A stretch of DNA of 64,000 nt from Eledone cirrhosa (Eukaryota): assembly GCA_964016885.1 (NCBI GenBank), contig OZ024750.1:49600001-49664000 (forward strand), given 5' to 3'. This document shows, piece after piece, positions 50,466 through 64,000 of this stretch. A program made the position numbers and the translations under genes. How positions within the stretch are numbered: position 1 is the first letter of the stretch; every line of letters begins with the position of its first letter. The notes under the pieces are model-generated. The model had not been told where the DNA came from. It worked only from the letters and a program-made list of their open reading frames with translations, and ran no database searches.

Positions 50466-53400
50466 CATAACTAATAAACAGACATTATAACGGAGAACAT
50501 GAGACCATCATCGGGTTCTTGTGTTGTGGCATCATTAGACATTATAACGGAGAAAATGAGACCATCATCGAGTGCCTGTTTTGTGCCATCATTAGACAAA
50601 CCTACAAATCAAGGTTATATATATATTTATGTGTCTGTGTTCACACAATTATATGTATATTTATATCAGATATATGTTCATATATACAGTATACATACAT
50701 ATGTGAAAAAAAAAACCACACATAATTATAGAGAGGAGGGAGGGAAGACAAATCGTTAGTAAGAAATATATATTTGTTATATTATCATTCCTCAAATATC
50801 AGTGTGAACTTAAATTATTCAAAGAAAAGAAGAAAAACAAACAAAAGTATGTATTTTGTAATCAGTGTCTAACCACATCGAAGTACTCATGTATCACACA
50901 ATATTTGTTCCGTTGTAAACAGTGAAGCGTTTAGATTCAATAAATTATATTGTTTCTAATATTATCTTTGTTTTAAAGCTTCTGTTGTAAGTCTTTTTTT
51001 TCATTTGTTTCCGCACAACCAATGCTATTCAATGGCAGAGAGCGAATGCAGCTTGTAGAATCCCAATAGCAAATAAAATTGATGAGGTGCCTTAATGCTT
51101 CAGCGGAGCCTTGCTAATGATTCATATACAATTTGATCACTATCATATTTCTGAGAAATTTCTGCAGTTAAGTTAGTTTTTCGGAGAAAAATTTGTTGTT
51201 TCTCTAAAATAGTTAACAAAATAAGTTCAATTTATGAAAATACAACAAAGTATTATGAATTCATCATGTTCCTTATAGTTAAATATCTAACAATGTTGTT
51301 ACTATGGTGTAGCTATTCTAATAATAGCGGTTGCGAAGAACATCTAGTTTGGTATTAACTGATGATTCATCAGATTTTCATTACAATCACATATACTTCC
51401 AGAAATGCTTTACAAATATAATAGCCGTTTCTGCAGATGATTGTTCCAGTTTTCCAATCAATGTATGTCGGTGGTTTAACATTCCACAGACATGTAGCCT
51501 GAGCATAGTTCTCAGTGTATCATAGCCCGTGGCATGGCTATTCCTTTAAATTGCCAGTGCATGCAATCCATCGGTAATGGAAACAGTTTTAGTCAACATA
51601 AGTTAGCCCACATGACAGAGACCAACCAGTGGTCATTGTAAGTGACAATTGCTTAAGATCATATGCAGTGAATTCGAATACGTGACATTATGATCACCAA
51701 GCTAACCTTTTAACATTCCGTTTATTCTATATTCACACCAAAACTACTAACGTACAATAACAACTCCACACGATGTAGACTCCCGAAATTTTAATCTAGT
51801 TGCAAAGCAATAATCGAAGTAGGGAGATTTCATCGAAATAACCAGAGTAATCTGACCGCTTGCAGTCAAAAGGGGGTGTTGTGCTTATGTATTACAGTAT
51901 TTCAAACGTTAAATAGAAGCAACAGTTTTTAAATGGTGTTTTATCATTGATTAATCATAACACGTAATGTATAAGAATATTTTGATACTTGCAAAAATCC
52001 ACAGGGTAATTATTACTTTTCCTACTTATATCAGATCATATTTTAAATATCCATCTTGGGATGCAGTCTTTTCACCAAAACTGACTTTATATATTGTAAG
52101 AAATGTTTTCAGATGAGAAATCTCGCAGAACAAATTAAAAAAACGAATTATATATATATATATATATGGTGGTATTGAGAGAGTGTATATAATTACGGGT
52201 AGTGTATACAAAATATAAGTCTGATGTTCCGCTTTCGGTCGATCTGCTAGCAGATATTTTACAATGTATATGCATCTATATACATATAATTTAACATACC
52301 TTTGATGTGTCATACAATATTTGATTACGGATCAGATATACTTAGCGTTCAAATAAAATGCAATTTCATATGAAGAACACAAAAGGAACCTTAAAAGATA
52401 AAGAGATAAAAAAAGAAAAATTAAAATTTAAGGGAAAACAAAAAAGGCACAAGATACGAAACTTAGAGAAAATGATAGCAAAATATAATTTAAAAAGGAT
52501 ATAAAGTGTTTTGGAGCGATCGTATAATATATTGATTTAAACAAATATATATTGATCTAAAGCGAAATCAATAATAGTGATGTATGAGTTTGAAATATGA
52601 TGAAATGCACAGAAAAAAAAAGGATGGCAGGATAAAATAAGGAATTATGTGAAAAACAGAAAGGGAAGGATATATTATATAGTATGATGTTATAAAGAAA
52701 GCGTATATGAATGTGTATTTCAATGGATGTTGAAAGATGAAGTAAGGAATAAAATGAAAGGAGTAGCAAATGTGGATTTTTAATGCATAATAACGTTTTA
52801 GAACGATCGAATAATATTTTCATACGGTAAATAATTGGGAAAGAAAATTGTAGTGTTAAATATACCCATAAAAATTCATTAGCGTGCAAATGGGAAAATG
52901 GTAGTTGAATAGATTAGAGGAAATAACTGTAATAGATTGTCATATTAAGTGAATAATATAGAATTAATTTAGGTGTGGCGCTTTGAAGATGTTTGTCTTT
53001 AATGTAACTCAGAATTTATAGGATATATGTTTCAGTTATGGAATATGGTGGCCCGTTCTTCTGAGATTCAATAATTACAAACTTAATGTTTTTATCTTAG
53101 GGGTCTGCATGTTCCACAATACACTATGCTATCAAAATCTGTGTGGGTATACATATTAAACGTAAAACGTATTAGGAAAATTACTATCTGTCGCTGGATG
53201 GACTCCAGAAGTATTTCATTTACCCAAAGCGCATTTTAAGTCATGTAAATATATATAATACTACATGTATTTAACACGAAATCCTGTATTTAATACGTAT
53301 CCTTGTGGAATACTGTATCACTAGTATATTACCCAATTCTTCACGATCAAATTGCGATTATATCATAAAATACCTTTAGCTAAAATATGAAATCTCTATA

Positions 53401-53493
53401 AAATACCTTTAGCTTTAAATATGAAATCTCTATTAAGTCAATAATAACTACCGGCTGAAGGAAATGTTAAACACAGAATATTATATATGTGCA

Positions 53494-53587
<94 letters not shown>

Positions 53588-53590
<3 letters not shown>

Positions 53591-54205
53591 TTTGGGAGGG
53601 TCATGTTGCCAATATGAAACACACGCACCAGTTATTTCGCTTCAATTTATTATAATAAATTTATAAATTTAGGAATTTATAAATTTGCGGTTGGTTGGTT
53701 GGTTCCACAACCAGATGATTGTTTATATATTGTCAAAGTTTTTTCCTCACACAGTATGTGACCTCTTCAGGGACTGGGGATTATTTTCTTTGTTTTTGTG
53801 CCTCTCCTTTGTTCTGTCCTACGCCATCTTGTTTTTGTGTGTGTGTTGTGTGCTTAGTTTGCGCATGTGTTACATCCGGGTGCCTGTGTGTGTTTATATT
53901 CGTTTATTTATTTGTTTATTTACATGTTACTGGTTGGTTGTTTGTTCTATGTGCGTGTGTGTTTTTATTTTGTCCTTAATTGTAAGTTGTCATGTTGCTG
54001 TTCCATTCATGTTTTCTATTTAATTTTGGTCGGAGTTCATTTATGTTTATTGCCTCTGTGATTTGTCTAAACATTGCTTCTTTTCTGTGTGTAGATTCTA
54101 TTTTTATTTCTATGTTTTCTAATTTATCCTTATGTTCTATTTTAGCATGTTGGTAGAGTACAGATGATTATTTAGTACCTTGAAGGTCTCGCCAGTGTTC
54201 ATTTA
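53588..54205 (-). mobile_element. PLE (family of 26945-28237): 3' end with terminal repeat and HHR at 53731-53775
   Basis: NEHWRDLQG....LYQHAKIEHK.KLENIEIKIESTHRK, then agtcc-CTGAAGA-g-gtcac..gtgag-GAAA-aaac-TT-tgaca. Ends at (TA)n. Confidence 0.88.
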
Positions 54206-54322
54206 ATATATTTATAAAATATTCCACCACTTCAACAAACTTTTAATGTTTAACGTTTCAGCTTTTAAATTCACGTACACTGTAATAATATAAATATAAA
54301 TATAAGCTTTTCTTTCTTCTCC

Positions 54323-54393
<71 letters not shown>

Positions 54394-54596
54394 TAATAAT
54401 TATTTAAAGCTACCTAGATTTTTTTCAGCCCTACGCTTAAAATTCATTTACACATTCATCAAAATAATAAGAAATATTTTTTTTATTCTTTCTTCCCCTT
54501 TTTCCATGTTTCTCTTTTTGCTTTCACTAACCAGGTGAAACTTAAACCGCTAAATATTCATTCCTGGGTATGTCACTATTTATAAAACAAACTTTG

Positions 54597-54656
54597 TATT
54601 TTATCTGATGAGATTGTACCAAAGTTTTGGTACCTTGAAATATATATAATAGAATA
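54597..54656 (+). ncRNA. Minimal hammerhead, intact core
   Basis: tattttat-CTGATGA-gattgtacc(aaagtttt)ggtacctt-GAAA-t(atat)a-TA-atagaata. Confidence 0.78.
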
Positions 54657-54700
54657 AGTATGGTTTTATAAATAAAGTTTCGATTTATTAAGGAAGGTAT

Positions 54701-54743
54701 ACGTTGCTCACGATAGATAATAAGCTTGAAACTAGTACAGCGT
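54701..54743 (+). ncRNA. Decayed hammerhead (family of 48614)
   Basis: acgttg-CTCACGA-tagataataagctt-GAAA-ctag-TA-cagcgt. Stem I differs from 48614 at both partners of one pair (G.T to T.G) and still pairs. Confidence 0.65.
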
Positions 54744-54962
54744 TACTTTGTCAGTGTTCAAACAATTAGCAACGATGGTTGCTAGACACTGTACGGCTTA
54801 ATACGGGATGTTTGTTTACAAACACACCGATCATTATAATAAATGTTCGGTGAATCCATGCGTATATATATATATATATATGTGTGCTTGTATGTATATA
54901 TATATACATACTACTGTACGTCTGTATCCATATATGTATGTACGTATACATACTAATATCAT

Positions 54963-55012
<50 letters not shown>

Positions 55013-55220
55013 ATGGAATAGAATGAAACGAAATTTCATTTCTCACTCTTAGGACGGCACTTACTTAAATGTAAGTATGTACGTATGTATACGTACATAC
55101 ATATATGTATACAGACGTACAGTCGTATGTATATATATACACACATGCACACATATATATATATATGCACGTATCGGTTTACCGAGCATTATCATAAACG
55201 TTCGGTAATCCGATACGTGC

Positions 55221-55254
<34 letters not shown>

Positions 55255-55285
55255 ATGTGTGTATATATATCCATACTACCGTACG

Positions 55286-55343
<58 letters not shown>

Positions 55344-55644
55344 GGTGGGGGTCAACGTTGCCTGTCTCAAATGGACATAATTATTGTCAATCACTATACA
55401 TATAAAGTTGAGAAAATCGGTTAAAGTGACCAGAAGACGGAGGAAAGGTATCAAAGGTGAGTTTCATGGCTATTACCCTAAAGATGCTCGGACCAAGAAT
55501 TGTTTTGTTTAAATGTTATATAGCTTGTACCTAAAAGTGTATATATAAAGCGGTTGGCATTAGGAGGATCAAGAAAAATCGAAACTTGAAACGTTTGCGT
55601 TGCATAGGAAAAAAACCCAATACAAATTGATCATAACAAATAAT

Positions 55645-56035
55645 TCTTTCCACTTTTGGCACAAGGCCAGCAATTATCTCAGTGCATTATTGGTAATATT
55701 TTATCGACTCCATAAGGATGAAAAGCAAAGTTAACCTCAGCAGGATTTGAACTCAGATTGGAAAGGGGCGCAACTCTATTCTGTTAAAGCATGTCGTCCA
55801 ACCTTCTACCGATACTGCCAATGATTTCTAGTATAGGTACAGACCAGTAATTTGGGGGTGCAGATTCGATTAAATCGTGCCAAGTATGTTACTGGTACTT
55901 TATTTTATCGACCCCGTAAGGATGGCAGGCAAAGTTAACCTCAGCGGCATTTGAACTCAAACTGTAAAGGACCGTAACTATATGCTGCAAACAAGATGTC
56001 CGACTCACTACCGACACTGCCAATCCACCGCCCTA
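55645..56035 (-). mobile_element. Two tandem SINE family A copies
   Basis: The core occurs twice. atcataacaaataat flanks both sides (about 55630 and 56036), consistent with a TSD. Confidence 0.88.
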
Positions 56036-57344
56036 ATCATAACAAATAATAGATAAGCCGCAGACATAAGAGCTTTTAAAAAAAGACGCAATTGGTAGCC
56101 AGCGTATTGATTAACGTAATCATATGCCCGATATTCGAAGTTCGATTCCTCCCTCCACATTTTTCTCAATACAAGAATATTCTATCCGATTCTCTCAATT
56201 ATTATTTACCGACTTCGGTTTTTATTGTAATAATATTTTGGGACATGAAAATATCAAATTTCAAAATGTTCAAATGCCCCTCAAATCAACCGCTTTCTTT
56301 CTATGTATTGGCAACTAAATAAAGAATACACGTGAAATAACTGCATCCTTTTGTTCATAATTATGCTTTCCCTGTATTTTTGCGTGTGCGCGTCTGTGTT
56401 TCTGTTCCTTTGAGTAAGTGTATGCGTGCGCATAAAGGATTAAGAAGTGAAAAATAAAACAAAAAATCTGAAATCATTTCTGAATAAAATGTTCCGTATT
56501 CATTTTTAAATAACCTGAAAATTAATCTTTAAATATGTCCTTTCTAAAACATTCCTCATTATTATCTCATATGGGATGTTCCATCACCAACCCTATTCGG
56601 CATCATTCATAGATGATCATATCATTGATATGTATTTCTTGCAATAAAACTTTGATAATTGACACACACTCATACACACACACACAACGACACGCACACA
56701 TACATCCACACATTCACACACACACACGCATATATATATATATATAAATATATATATATATACACATATGTATATATATATATGTGTGTGTGTATATATA
56801 TATATATGTGTGTGTGTGTGTGGGTGTATGCATACATACACATATATATATGCATACATACACATATATATACTTGCAACATAGATGAACATGTTTTCAA
56901 CGTTTGACAGATATATGCTTTCGTGCACCTCAAATCAAGCGAGCAAACGATGAGGAAAACAGAAGAACAAAAGATATTCAACCACCATTCATCATCTCTG
57001 CACATCAAATATGACTGTGGGCATTGATTCAAGATAACATCTCAATTCCAAAGCCATTACCTTTAAAACACCAATCGATAAACATAATCTTTGCTCGGAG
57101 ATGATATTCCATCTGCTAGTCATAGGTTTTTGTCATATTGATAAATATTTTAATTTTATTGAAAATAAAATAGCTGTGCTCTTTTATAATACAACCACGC
57201 TTTGATTAAAACGCTTGAAATCACTACCAGAAATTATTCCCTCTAGGCAATTATTATAACAAATGGAATATTGTGATATATAATCTCACACACTCTATGT
57301 GTCGTGGTATCTCTCTCACTCTCTCTCTCTCTATATATATATAT

Positions 57345-57378
<34 letters not shown>

Positions 57379-57528
57379 CCTCTCTCTCTCTCTCTCTCTC
57401 TCCCTCTCTCTCCCTCTCTCTCTCCCTGTCCCTCTATTTCTCCCCAGTTTGAAGTACCGCATATCCCTATAAGGATTCTGTATATAATATAAATTATAAA
57501 TGTTCGTGTACGTATAATGCATGTATGT

Positions 57529-57567
<39 letters not shown>

Positions 57568-59849
57568 TATAGATATGTAAATATACATTCAAATGTGTGT
57601 GTGTGTCTATTATTTTGCAAGTATCTGTGTGTTTCTTTTGCTCGCAAGTTTGAATATGCGTGCAGATTGTGTGTAGAAGGTTGGTGTATATCATAATACA
57701 AACAGCCGCAGGATTGTGTAAGTACGGCTCTGTAGCATGATACGTGAAATAATTCAGTTATTTTAAAGAATGCAATTTTGTGAAAGCATTATACCTAAAA
57801 CCTACTCAATCCTTGCCTGACATATTCAATTTCCATGGAATATTCGTTCCGTTATTCTTCTAACCCCCGCAATGCCATTCCTATATCATATAATGCAATC
57901 CACGCAAATGTCTTTATGTAATAAAGAATTGCCTAGATTAATTTCTCGCATCAGATTCAATATTATTTTCTGCTCTTCTTTTATGTAAGGGGGAGAATAG
58001 GGTGTCGAATGATATACCTTGGTAGTTATTTCAGGTCACTGTGCTCTGGGTTCGTATACCGGCAATGTCAGTTTTATAATTCATCGTTTGTAATTTGGTC
58101 AACACACGTTTTGCTGACTTAGATTTTGTTTGTTGTGTTTAGCTAATTTTGAGGTGCTGATTTCAAATATGGCATCTATTTTCTCCTAACAAATTAGGTT
58201 TTCATGTTTGTCTTTCGCTCAGTTATCCCATAAACACACATCAGTTGGTCAATTGAAAACTTGACGCGACACAAAAAGTATTGTCATTTAACCACAAAGC
58301 AGTCCCAAATTACTCAAAAACATGTCTGAAACTTTAGTCAGCTGATAAAAAGCAAAATTTGTTGACCAGTGTAATTGACATTTCTGTACTAAGGATGATT
58401 CTTCTCCTACCTCTTCTTCTCTTCTGTCTGTCGAAACCTGTAGGTGGGTGATAGACTCCAGCATTCTTAAATGTCCATGAAGGAAACCTTACAACTAGAG
58501 AATGAGCTATGGGTCCTTCTTTATACTTTGTTTGCACATTAAACAGTCCGTTATATCCTTGAGCAAGATACTCCCCTTTAACAGAAACTGTCTCATAGTT
58601 AGAATATATTTATTTCAGCTACTTAATCAACTGTTTAACAGGACACACTATCCATTCCATCACATGTTAACGTGCAGGGCTTAAAGAACAGTTGCTCTGC
58701 TCACGATTGTAAAGTCATCCGTTTTATTCCCGGTGTCGTATTGACACCTCGTACGAAATGATTTATTTCGCGTTGTTTATGTTAACTCAGCTGTAAATCA
58801 TGAGCTGTACTGGGAAGTCAACGAGGCTGCAGACTTGAGGCATTATCTACTTAGATAATAATAGCTAAGTGTCTATTTAGACGATGAATATTTATATGGC
58901 GTGCTCTAAAACTGGAAATGAAAGAAACAACGAAAATCATTTTTTCAAATCATTGTGTGAGGAGAAAGTATTTTGAAGTGGACTTAAATATTGAAATGAC
59001 GAACGGGAACAGCAATATGTCAAACATATTCATGGTCGTATGAACAGTACTCTGTTTTTGTTTTTAGTTTTATAACTATGCTAGAAAGGAAGAATAAGGT
59101 GTCTTGTCTTTTTTCCGAGTTTGCAGAACAAACTGGTCAGAGAATATATATTCTCTCACAGGAGACGCTGTCTGGATGTTTGCAATTGATAGAATGTCGT
59201 TAAATTAACCAAGAGCAGCAGGTCCATTTGATAACCCGCTTGAATATTCACATTCGTTAACCCACAAGAAGGCAGCCGATCATTCTGGCTTTCACACAGT
59301 TTGCCTCAGAAAAAGTTCACTTATGATGCTGTGTGTGATCTGAGGTTATGGTAAAAGATGCTTGACATCAATTACAAAATAATGTACCTGCTGAATAAGG
59401 AACCAGTATCAACTCCACAACGAATACTTAATGATTCTTGCCGGTACCTACTTAAACATCATTTTTAATGCAATTAAAAAACAACCCAGGAAAGATAACT
59501 AAAGATGAAAAGATAAGTAAGGGTTGTCACTGGCCATTGTCCACGGGAATGCTTTTGCAGTCCTGTCTGCGCAATGCGGCCCCTTTATCGCCGCGCCCTA
59601 GGCCCAGAGTTGAACACTCCCGCCTCCCACATTATTATGTGGCACTACAGCCCTTGCCTTTCCCTTCCTATTAATTGTTTTTAATATTTTCTTATGTTAC
59701 ATTCCATTCCCTCTTTCCAATAATTTTTTTCTTTTTCTATTAAATTGTATTTACATGACATAGTAACGGAATTGTTTGATAAAAATAACCTTGAATACTG
59801 GTGACGTAAGAACAATTACAATGACCTGAATAATGTTTAACAAGTCTAA

Positions 59850-60133
59850 TGTCTGATTCCATGCCGGAGGCTCATCAGGCTGCTGGTTTTCCTGGTGTCC
59901 TTGGTATTAAGCGACTGAGAGTACCCTACCCCCTTCCTCTGGACAGGACACCAGTCCATCACAGAGTTAAACCCTCAGCTGTTGATGGCGCTTCCTCTGA
60001 GCTGGCGATACTGGAGCAATGTGAAATGAAGCGTTTTTCTCAAGAACACAACATATAATACAATCCAGGAATCGATATCATGACATTATGATCGTAAATC
60101 CACCAACCTTATCACAAGGCCACGTGTCTCCAC
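59850..60133 (-). mobile_element. tRNA-derived SINE (family B-like)
   Basis: ctcaagaacacaac..ggaatcga..ccttatcacaaggccacgtgtctccac is the reverse of a tRNA-like head. Confidence 0.65.
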
Positions 60134-61178
60134 GTCAATAAGTTTGGTTAAATGTAACTAACGTTGGAGGTGTTACTGAGACACTTTAGTTTATAAACAA
60201 ATATGTAGTTCATGAAAAACAGCATTCATGAAAATATTGCATGTATTAAATTTAACAACCATCAACGTATTAAAAGGTAATAAAACATAGTTATGTTATG
60301 TTAAGCACATACGTTTCTGTTGAGATTGTTCATCACAAATCGAGTTTGATCTAGGTCGCATTCTATATAAACGTTTCCTCAATGCAACGATCAGTTCACA
60401 CCTTTTTAGTAAATCAAACGTTAAGACTAAATCGAACCTACAACATTATTATCATAAGTCCAATTCATTAAATGTACGAGAAATTGACTCTAAACTAACA
60501 CTCCGTACATTATTCCGAATATATAGAAATAGGCCCATCAAATGATGAAGCAACGTATGTCAAGTTAGCTACATATTAAACGAAATGTAGCCGGAGAGAT
60601 ACTTATCTATGCCATTTTGAGAGAAGTTGCATTAATGAAAACTCAAAAGATGAAGTTAGATATAAACATTAATATCAGATAATGGTATCATCATCACATG
60701 TACAAATACTTCGGAGTAAATGAAACGGCTTATATATTAACATATATAAAAGAAACGAGATTAGAAATTTAGAAGTCGGTGAAGAGGATTATATATTTAT
60801 GAAGATAAATAAAGGAAAAGATTTGAGAAGAAAATTAATATAAGCGTCATAGTAATATTGAAACAAATTCAATACAAGACACGTATAAACATACTTGTCT
60901 TCTTATTTTTAAAGTATATGTTCTTATAATTAATTGGAAGATATCTGAATTGAGAATCCGAGATAGGAAATGCAGAAAACTACTCACTGGATTCCAAAAC
61001 AAGAACACTATTAGAATAAGTAGTTTCATACGAGAGCATGAGGATAAGAATGTAGGAAAAGTTACAATATACAATAAGTAATAATATACAGCTGTATCAA
61101 TGGGAGACAGTTGCTTCTGACAGGATCGGCATGGAGGTGTGTTGGAGAACTCTGCCATCATAACCCTTTGACCAGCAA

Positions 61179-61179
<1 letters not shown>

Positions 61180-61230
<51 letters not shown>
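61180..61230. repeat. (AAT)n microsatellite abutting the Dong ORF
   Basis: Direct reading. Confidence 0.97.
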
Positions 61231-61232
<2 letters not shown>

Positions 61233-64000
61233 AGAATAATAATAAAAATAATGAGATCGTAAATGATAAAGAAATGAATGAGAATGAACTTACCAACTTG
61301 AAGGATGAAATTATGATCGAATGGATGAAAATGAAAGAATCTGACATGGGGGAACGAGACACCCTCCCTAAGATCCAGAACTCCAAACAGAACCAAAAGA
61401 TAATACACAAGACTAACATAATTCTCAAAAACATTATCATCACAAACAAAATAAACATTACTGACTTAAATCATCTCTATTATGCATCGGCTAAAGTCAC
61501 CACTCACTTATGTGGAGTGAAGATGAAAAAACAAAGGAATTCCCACAAGAAATCTACTTGGCAAGATAACATCAATCGCCAAATAAACCTTCTCCGATCT
61601 GACATAGAAATGTTAACAAACTATAAAGTAGGTGAACATGTTAAACAAACTAAACTTAGAAAATTGAAAAAAAAGTACAGTATAAGATCAACATGTGACA
61701 TAGACATGCTGATAGAAACAATCAAGCAAAAAGTGTCGGCCAAAGCTGCTCGTATAAGGCGCTTTGAAAAACGATCTAGATTCTATAAGGACAATAATAT
61801 GTTCAAAAACAACCAAAGAAACTTCTACAGAAAAATTGGTAAGTCAACAATAACTGCTAAATCAATACCACCCAAGGAGGAAGTGCAAGAATTCTGGGAA
61901 AAGATCTGGGCCGAAGAAAAAGTTCATAACATACATGCCCCATGGATAGACAGACAAATGAAAGAAACAGCTCACCTTGAAGAACAAACATGGGAAAATA
62001 TAACAGTTGAACAGCTGCGATTGGCTCTAAGAAAAACCAGCAAATGGAAATCCCCAGGAAAAGACAAAATACAAAACTCTTGGATAAATGCCTTCACAGA
62101 GTCTCATGAGCTGTTAGCCCAACTTTACAATGAAATAGTTAAGGAGCCAGAAAAGATACCATCATGGCTAGTTAACGGCATTACATTCCTGCTACCGAAG
62201 AATGATGAGACAAACAATCCCAAAAATTACAGACCGATAACCTGCTTGACCACAATGTATAAAATTTTAACATCAGTCCTAACTGAATACACATATGACC
62301 ACCTGATAACAAATGACCTATTTCCCATTGAGCAGAAAGGGTGTAAACGAGGCTCATATGGCTGTAAGGATCAGCTTCTGGTTAACAAAATGATACTGGA
62401 AGATTGTCATAATAGACACAAAAATCTATCGATTGCTTGGATAGATTATAAAAAAGCATTTGATAGTTTGCCACACAGTTGGATTGAAAAATGTTTAGAG
62501 ATTTTCAAAATATCCCCCGTTGTCAGGAGGTTTTTGTCATTCAGTATGAGGACATGGAGAACGACACTCCTTTTGAATAGTGAAACAAAATCACTGGAAG
62601 CTGGAGAAGTTAACATTAATTGTGGAATTTTTCAGGGTGACTCTTTATCACCGCTTTTATTCTGCATCGCACTTATACCATTAAGTAAAATGCTCAATGA
62701 AACAAAACATGGATATAGAGTCTATGACAAAACCATTAATCACCTGTTCTACATGGATGACCTGAAACTATTCGCAAAAAATGATGAACAATTGCAAGGG
62801 CTATTATCCACTGTGAAGCAGTTCAGTGATGACATTAAAATGGAGTTTGGACTGGATAAATGCGCCAAAGCAACGTTCACCAGAGGAAAGCTGCTGAAGA
62901 GTTCAGACATTAATCTTGATCGGGGGAACGTGATAAGAGAGCTTGATCAAGAACAAACTTACAAATATCTAGGTGTTTGTGAAGGAGACGGAATCAAGCA
63001 CTCGACAATGAGGGAAAGGATAAGGAAGGAATGTTACCGCAGAGTCAGAGCAATCTTAAGAACGGAATTGAATGCAAGGAATAGGATCGATGCCATAAAC
63101 ACGCTTGCCATACCAGTAGTAACCTACAGTTACAATGTCATCAACTGGTCAAGCACAGAGATCCGTAGGCTCGATACAAAAATCCGAAAATTCTTAACCA
63201 TGCACAGAATGCATCACCCTAAGGCAGACATAGATAGAATATATCTCCCTAGGAAAGAAGGAGGACGTGGGTTAATCCAGTTAGACATTGCGTTGAAAAC
63301 TGCAACAATTGGATTATCCACATATCTAAGGGAATCACATGATTGGATGATCAAACTCGTTTTGAAACACGAAAGCACCAAAAGATCATATTCCATTACA
63401 AAAGATGCACAAAGATACAATAATGGACTACAAATTTCAGAAGTCCCATTTACTGCTGAAATGGAAAACACAGAAAAAGCAAAGCAGGTAAAAGTAACTG
63501 CAAAGAAAGAACTGCTACAGAAACTGGCTAAGAAATGGCAAGAAAAGCCTCTGTATGGAAAATACCCAGAGCGAGCTAACAATCCTGATGTTGACAAAAC
63601 TTTAAGCCATCAGTGGTTGGCATCCTCTGGACTGAAATCGGAGACTGAAGGACTGATTATATCCGCACAAGATCAGTGTCTGCCAACAAAAAATTACCAA
63701 GCCAACATAATAAAAAATGGGTGCAGCCCATTATGCCGTGTATGCAAAAAACAACCAGAGACCATTGACCATATAATTTCAATGTGCAGTCCTATAGCTC
63801 CAACCGAATACCTAAACAGGCATGACAGAGCTGCACAATACATACATTGGATAATGTGTAAGCATTTTGACCTGCCCCATCAAAAGAATTGGTGGGAGCA
63901 TCAACCACCTCCCATACTTGAAAAAGATCACATCTCAATCTTGTGGAACTTTAGCATCCAAACAGACCGAAAAATAGATGCAAATAGACCTGATATAATA
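61229..64000 (+). CDS. R4/Dong-clade non-LTR retrotransposon ORF (RT + CCHC + restriction-like endonuclease), uninterrupted, runs off the window
   Basis: Manual translation from ATG 61229 gives 924 codons with no stop: WKSPGKDKI, NYRPITCL, EQKGC, WIDYKKAFDSLPHSW, GIFQGDSLSPLLF, FYMDDLK, FGLDKC, YKYLG, GGRGL, AQDQ, CRVC..ETIDHIISMC, RHD and ANRPDII. Confidence 0.95.

Noticed and set aside
58100-59200. Possible DNA transposon relic
   Set aside because: The start resembles a transposon subterminal sequence, but I found no matching inverted end, TSD or transposase motif.
60847-61458. 203-aa hydrophobic minus-strand ORF
   Set aside because: It is the antisense shadow of the Dong ORF plus (ATT)n. 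The same holds for 63214-63597 and for 213-665 opposite the PLE.

Overview
This is AT-rich, repeat-dominated eukaryotic DNA. The tRNA-derived SINEs, R4/Dong and RTE LINEs and dense (TA)n arrays suggest an octopod cephalopod; that is inference from recalled repeat families, not a database result. I cannot support any host protein-coding gene, and most listed ORFs are microsatellite translations or antisense shadows. Contents: (i) at least 7 fragments of Penelope-like elements (PLE) from roughly three lineages (Nematis-like, Naiad-like and one other GIY-YIG type). (ii) About 10 core-intact and more than 10 decayed or half type-I minimal hammerhead ribozyme (HHR) motifs from several distinct families, many in fold-back pairs next to (TA)n. 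(iii) Four R4/Dong-type LINE loci. One is an uninterrupted ORF of at least 924 codons (61229 to the window end) that the ORF track misses. The Dong loci border different microsatellites. (iv) A GC-rich, TSD-bounded, internally deleted RTE with a structured 5' UTR, a horizontal-transfer candidate. (v) L1/Tx1 and RTE remnants, SINEs, a minisatellite and local duplications. The HHR/PLE fold-back system is the most notable signal. All motif calls were made by eye and need covariance-model and biochemical confirmation.
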